Source: an uncultured delta proteobacterium
GTDB taxonomy: Bacteria; Desulfobacterota; Binatia; UBA9968
Length of the DNA: 64,000 nucleotides
Assembly: GCA_963728565.1 (NCBI GenBank)
Contig: CAVSLC010000023.1
Span: 128,001-192,000 of the forward strand
Reading direction: 5' to 3'
The position numbers and the translations under genes were made by a program. This document shows positions 59,641 to 64,000 of this stretch, one piece after another (position 1 is the stretch's first letter; every line of letters begins with the position of its first letter). The notes under the pieces were generated by a model, which saw only the letters and a program-made list of their open reading frames with translations, was not told where the DNA came from and ran no database searches.

Positions 59641-61443
59641 ATGATCACTCAGGAGAAGATCGCTGAGATTCGTGCTCGGGCCTCCGTCGTTGAGGTCGTT
59701 TCCGATTACGTGACGCTAAAAAAGATCGGCCGTAATCATGTCGGGCTGTGTCCCTTTCACGGGGAAAAAACTCCCTCTTTCACGGTGAACGATGAGAAGG
59801 GGATTTTTCACTGCTTCAGCTGCAAGGCCGGCGGCAGCGTCTTCAACTTCTTGATGCAGTATGATCATCTTTCTTTTCCTGAAGCGGTTGAGTGTGTGGG
59901 TAAGCGCTACGGCATTATCGTGGAACGCTCAGGAAAGAACCGAGACTCGGGGGGAGACGATGACCGCGATGCTCTCTTTCGTCTCAATGAATGTGCCGCG
60001 GCGAATTATCATCGCGTTTTGTTCAATGACGTCTTGGGAAGAAGAGCTCTCGAGTATATCAAGAAACGTGGTATCGAGGAGTCGGTTGCGCGGCGTTTCA
60101 TGCTAGGGTTCGCGCCACGCCATGGTTCAGGGCTTCTGGAGGTTGCCAAAAAGGAAAAGCTTTCGCTGAAAGATGCCCTTCGGTTGGGGCTGATTGGCCA
60201 AAGGGAAGGCAACCGGTTCCACGAAAAATTTTTTGACCGGCTAATTTTTCCCATCGTCAACGCCGGGGGCAAAGTCATCGGCTTCGGCGGGCGGGTGCTA
60301 GAACAAGGAATCCCGAAATACCTCAACTCAAGTGATACCCCGCTTTTTCGGAAAGGGTCTACCCTGTATGGTCTGTTCCAAGCCAAAGAAGCGATTCGCA
60401 AAAGGGACCGAGCCGTCGTCGTAGAAGGTTACCTCGATGTTATAGCTTTGCACCAATATGGTGTTGATTATGCCGTCGCCACCCTCGGGACAGCGCTCAC
60501 GGTGGAGCATGTACGCGCTTTGTCGCGTTACACAAAGAACGTTGTGGCGTTTTTCGATGGAGATGATGCCGGTAGCCGAGCCGCAGAGCGAAGCTTCCCA
60601 ATCTTTGTTGAAGCCGGACTGCTTGGGCGAGCCGCTTTTTTGCCCAACGGTGAAGATCCGGATACTTTTATCCGCGCGCGGGGCAAAGCGGCCGTGGAAG
60701 AACTGCTTGATAGATCAGTGCCGTTGGCGGACTACTACTTCTCATCTCTAGAGCATCGTTACGGCAAAACTTTGGAAGGCAAAAGCGAAATCGCCGGGGA
60801 GATCTCACGCGTGCTGCAAAAGGTGCGTAACCCTTTCGAAGTCGATCTTCTGATTGCTCGGGCGGTAGATTCGCTAGGTATCCGGGAGGAGTTCTTTCGC
60901 AAGCCTCTGCAGAGTTCGGTCCCTCCCAAGCCGCCGTTGTTGGCAAACCGACGACTCTCTCCCAGTGATCTCGGCAATCGCGCAAATGCCGCGGAAAGAT
61001 CCCTCATATCTCTGATTTTACGTTATCCCCGAATCGCCGGATATGTATTCGAGGAAGCAGACGTGCGACAATGGGTCGGATCGGCTTGGCGCGAGATTAT
61101 TGATCTGATCAGGACCGAGTGGCAAGAGCATGAAAACGTCGATGTCGGGAGGATCGTGCAGGCCTTCGATTCAGAGGTGGCTGCTCAGATAGCCGCTTTG
61201 GCAATCGAAGGAGAAAACGTTCCTGAAACTGAGTCCCAAAAGATGGCTGATGACTGCATAGCCCATCTGCGACGAAAGTATTTGCGAGAGCAAGAAAGAA
61301 ATTTGCGAATCGCGATCCGAACTGCCGAAGAACAAAAGGACGAGAACGCAACCAGGGAGAGGATACTAGAATGGCAAGAAATCGTACGAAAAGAACGCCA
61401 GCTAGAACGCCGAAAGCTCGCGCCGAAGATAACCGCTCGATAG
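59641..61443 (+). CDS. dnaG: DNA primase
   Basis: [48 protein letters not shown]. Confidence 0.98.
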   Translation: MITQEKIAEIRARASVVEVVSDYVTLKKIGRNHVGLCPFHGEKTPSFTVNDEKGIFHCFSCKAGGSVFNFLMQYDHLSFPEAVECVGKRYGIIVERSGKNRDSGGDDDRDALFRLNECAAANYHRVLFNDVLGRRALEYIKKRGIEESVARRFMLGFAPRHGSGLLEVAKKEKLSLKDALRLGLIGQREGNRFHEKFFDRLIFPIVNAGGKVIGFGGRVLEQGIPKYLNSSDTPLFRKGSTLYGLFQAKEAIRKRDRAVVVEGYLDVIALHQYGVDYAVATLGTALTVEHVRALSRYTKNVVAFFDGDDAGSRAAERSFPIFVEAGLLGRAAFLPNGEDPDTFIRARGKAAVEELLDRSVPLADYYFSSLEHRYGKTLEGKSEIAGEISRVLQKVRNPFEVDLLIARAVDSLGIREEFFRKPLQSSVPPKPPLLANRRLSPSDLGNRANAAERSLISLILRYPRIAGYVFEEADVRQWVGSAWREIIDLIRTEWQEHENVDVGRIVQAFDSEVAAQIAALAIEGENVPETESQKMADDCIAHLRRKYLREQERNLRIAIRTAEEQKDENATRERILEWQEIVRKERQLERRKLAPKITAR

Positions 61444-63245
61444 CCAACGATAAAGCTTCCTCGCGTCATGCCGCCGGGCAACCGGCGGAGAAAAAGAACA
61501 TGAAGGAGGTGAAGAAGCTCATCGATCTCGGCAAAGAGAAGGGTTACCTGACGTATGATGATGTCAACGATATGCTTCCTGCGGAAGTCGTTTCTCCGGA
61601 TCAGATCGATGACGTGATGTCCATTTTTGGCGAAATGGATATCGAGGTTGTTGATTCCAATCAACGAGTCACTCTTGGAGGAGCGGGTGAGGATCTTGCC
61701 GACGACGAAGAGGATGAGAAGGAAATCGAAGGCGAAACCGATGGGGATACGGTTGGCAAGACCGGCGATCCAGTGCGTATGTACTTACGGGAGATGGGAA
61801 CTGTTTCACTGCTGAGCCGGGAAGGCGAAGTAGAGATCGCAAAGAAAATTGAGGTAGGCGAAAAGAAAGTCATTGAGGAAGTATTATCCAGCCCGCTCGC
61901 ATTGCGTTACGTTTTGGAACTCGGTGAAAAATTGGCGCAACATGAGATCCGAGTGCGTGAAATAATTAAAGATGGTGATGAGGATGCCGAATACCTCGAA
62001 GATGAAGAGGTGCACGAACGACGCTTGCTCGATCAAATCGCTAAAATCCGCAGGGCCGCTAATGAGCGAGACAAGATTAAAAACGAACTCGAGGGCAAGC
62101 GCCTGTCGGCGCAACGTCGTCAGGCGCTGCAACAAACTTTAGAAAAGTATCACGACCGAATCGTCGGCGGCCTGAAAAATCTTCAGCTGAATCGAAAGCA
62201 AACCGAAGCGATTGTTGATGGTCTCAAGAGAGCCATGGATCGAATGCAAACGCTTGAGCGCCGGGTGAAGGAATTCGAGCAAAGGACCGGGAAGAGCGCT
62301 TCCGAACTCCTGAAGCTTGTTGCAAACCTGAACGGACGTAAGAAGGATTGGCAACGCCTCACCAGTTCGCTGCGCATGGGGCATGATGCGGTTCTGCATA
62401 TGTCAGACGAGATCAGGAGCGCGCGGCGCGATATACGGCATATCGAAAAAGACCTTGACATCCCGGCGGAAGAGATCAAGCGGCGCGTTTGGTCGATTGT
62501 TGATGGTGAGACCAAAGCTAATCTGGCGAAGAAAGAACTGATCGAAGCGAATCTGCGGCTGGTTGTGAGTATTGCCAAGAAGTACACCAACCGTGGATTG
62601 CAGTTTCTCGATCTCATCCAGGAGGGAAATATCGGCTTAATGAAAGCCGTCGATAAGTTTGAATATCAGCGAGGATACAAGTTTTCGACCTATGCCACCT
62701 GGTGGATCCGTCAAGCAATCACTAGAGCGATCGCCGATCAGGCTCGGACAATCCGCATACCGGTTCACATGATTGAGACCATCAATAAACTTATCCGGAC
62801 CTCTCGGTATCTAGTGCAAGAAATTGGCCGCGAGCCAACGCCCGAGGAAATTGCCACGAAAATGGAAATTCCCTTGGATAAAGTAAGGAAGGTCCTTAAA
62901 ATCGCCAAGGAGCCCATATCCCTGGAGACTCCGGTGGGTGAGGAAGAAGACAGTCATCTTGGGGACTTTATCGAGGACAAAAGGATTATCACTCCTTCCG
63001 ATGCGGTGGTGAATATCAATCTGCAAGAACAAACAAAGAAGGTACTCGCCACTTTAACTCCACGTGAAGAGCAGGTTCTGCGCATGCGGTTCGGAATCGG
63101 TGAGAAATCCGATCACACTCTTGAAGAAGTCGGTCAAAAGTTTACCGTCACACGCGAGCGCATTCGGCAAATCGAAGCCAAGGCGCTCCGGAAGCTCAGA
63201 CATCCCAGTCGCAGCAAAAGGCTGAAGAGCTTCATGGAGACCTAA
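61371..63245 (+). CDS. rpoD: RNA polymerase primary sigma factor RpoD (start at 61371 or 61500)
   Basis: GKEKGYLTY region 1.1, [50 protein letters not shown]. Confidence 0.97.
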   Translation: MARNRTKRTPARTPKARAEDNRSIANDKASSRHAAGQPAEKKNMKEVKKLIDLGKEKGYLTYDDVNDMLPAEVVSPDQIDDVMSIFGEMDIEVVDSNQRVTLGGAGEDLADDEEDEKEIEGETDGDTVGKTGDPVRMYLREMGTVSLLSREGEVEIAKKIEVGEKKVIEEVLSSPLALRYVLELGEKLAQHEIRVREIIKDGDEDAEYLEDEEVHERRLLDQIAKIRRAANERDKIKNELEGKRLSAQRRQALQQTLEKYHDRIVGGLKNLQLNRKQTEAIVDGLKRAMDRMQTLERRVKEFEQRTGKSASELLKLVANLNGRKKDWQRLTSSLRMGHDAVLHMSDEIRSARRDIRHIEKDLDIPAEEIKRRVWSIVDGETKANLAKKELIEANLRLVVSIAKKYTNRGLQFLDLIQEGNIGLMKAVDKFEYQRGYKFSTYATWWIRQAITRAIADQARTIRIPVHMIETINKLIRTSRYLVQEIGREPTPEEIATKMEIPLDKVRKVLKIAKEPISLETPVGEEEDSHLGDFIEDKRIITPSDAVVNINLQEQTKKVLATLTPREEQVLRMRFGIGEKSDHTLEEVGQKFTVTRERIRQIEAKALRKLRHPSRSKRLKSFMET

Positions 63246-63285
63246 GCATCAGCTTTCTATCATCTCACGCGCATTTCCTTGTTAC

Positions 63286-63362
63286 GGGCCCATAGCTCAG
63301 TTGGTTAGAGCCACCGGCTCATAACCGGTTGGTCCCTGGTTCGAGTCCAGGTGGGCCCACCA
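63286..63362 (+). tRNA. tRNA with CAT anticodon, probably tRNA-Ile2 (lysidine-modified)
   Basis: GGGCCCA/TGGGCCC acceptor, ACCGG-CTCATAA-CCGGT anticodon arm, GGTTCGAGT, encoded CCA; follows rpoD like ileX. Ile2 versus Met is inferred. Confidence 0.93.
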
Positions 63363-64000
63363 ATTCTTTTCCCTGTAACTTTAACCCCTTGACCTACGAC
63401 AACACGCTGGATGTTGTCGGGGGTCACGGTTGGGGTCACGGTTCCAGCCAGTCTTTCAAGCTGTTCGGCTGCATCGCTCTTGATGTATTTCCCGTAATGC
63501 CGCTCGATCGTGGTAACCGAAGTACCGCAGTATTCCGCAAGCCATTTGATGTTGACTCCATTGCTCAAGCCCACGCTGATAAACGTGTGGCGCGTGCAGT
63601 AGGGACGCCGCGGCCTGATCTCCACGCCTCTTAGGATTCGATACCAAACACCGGCGCGCCAGGTGTGGAAGTTAAGCGGGTTAGATTCCTGGTTGAGAAA
63701 CACATAATCGGTCTCGGTGGTTCGAAGAGGCTTTAACCGCTTCAGTATCTAGGTCACTGATCCAATGAGTTTGATCGACCGATCACTGCCGGCCGTTTTG
63801 GGTGCGCCTTCCTCGTCGATGTATTGGCTTTTGCTGATCGTGATGAATCCTGTTCTCAAATCAACGTCGCCCCAGTTCAACGCGAGTAATTCAGAAGGCC
63901 GGGCGCCGGTCCAGAAGAGGGTATGGACAAAGGGAACATAGAAGGGGCTTTTCCTGGCGAAGGCCGCAATGATGCTATCTCGTTCGAGTTCGGTGAATGG
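63305..64000 (-). mobile_element. Tyrosine recombinase/integrase, C-terminal catalytic part (5' end outside window), with in-frame TAG at 63749-63751; edge of an element integrated at the tRNA
   Basis: Manual translation: LFWTGARPSELLALNWGDVD (box I Arg), PKT, RPYCTRHTF, IERHYGKY (catalytic Tyr). Confidence 0.9.
63420..63443. repeat. 12-bp tandem direct repeat, candidate integrase arm-type sites
   Basis: GGGGTCACGGTT twice, ~60 bp from the tRNA 3' end. Confidence 0.6.

Noticed and set aside
1-64000. Numerous 60-210 aa antisense or alternate-frame ORFs in the ORF track (e.g. 21498-22136, 12536-13048)
   Set aside because: They shadow well-supported genes and show no motifs or RBS. Exceptions are those that are frameshifted continuations, which were merged into features.

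Overview
Core bacterial chromosome. Gene order and proteins resemble the deltaproteobacterial lineages (Desulfobacterota/Candidatus Binatia-like; this is inference). Most of the window is housekeeping operons: ruvCAB, yceD-rpmF-plsX-fabDG-acpP-rpiB-glyA-nrdR-rib-nusB-leuS-lptE, rpsT/murJ, tatC-hppA-tRNA-Leu, ftsEX-envC-ctpA-xseA-M23-xseB, ispA-dxs-tlyA and rpsU-yqeY-cvpA-dnaG-rpoD-tRNA(CAT). A tyrosine integrase lies at the right edge. About ten conserved genes carry single-base frameshifts, so the assembly is probably indel-prone and all fusions and splits need read-level checks. Main observations: (1) an NtrY-type sensor kinase is followed by an NtrX-type receiver domain fused in frame to an intact LpxC instead of the usual sigma54 activator, suggesting phosphorylation control of the committed step of lipid A synthesis; (2) a ~10 kb carotenoid glycoside-ester cluster sits between xseB and ispA and encodes a B12-binding regulator with an inverted architecture (B12 domains, then a C-terminal XRE HTH; W-x9-EK instead of W-x9-EH), with a near-perfect palindrome in its divergent promoter; (3) RibBA has a degenerate DHBP-synthase half; (4) a radical SAM protein has a duplicated 84-aa C-terminal module; (5) the integrase reading frame runs into the tRNA, with att-like motifs inside its tail.
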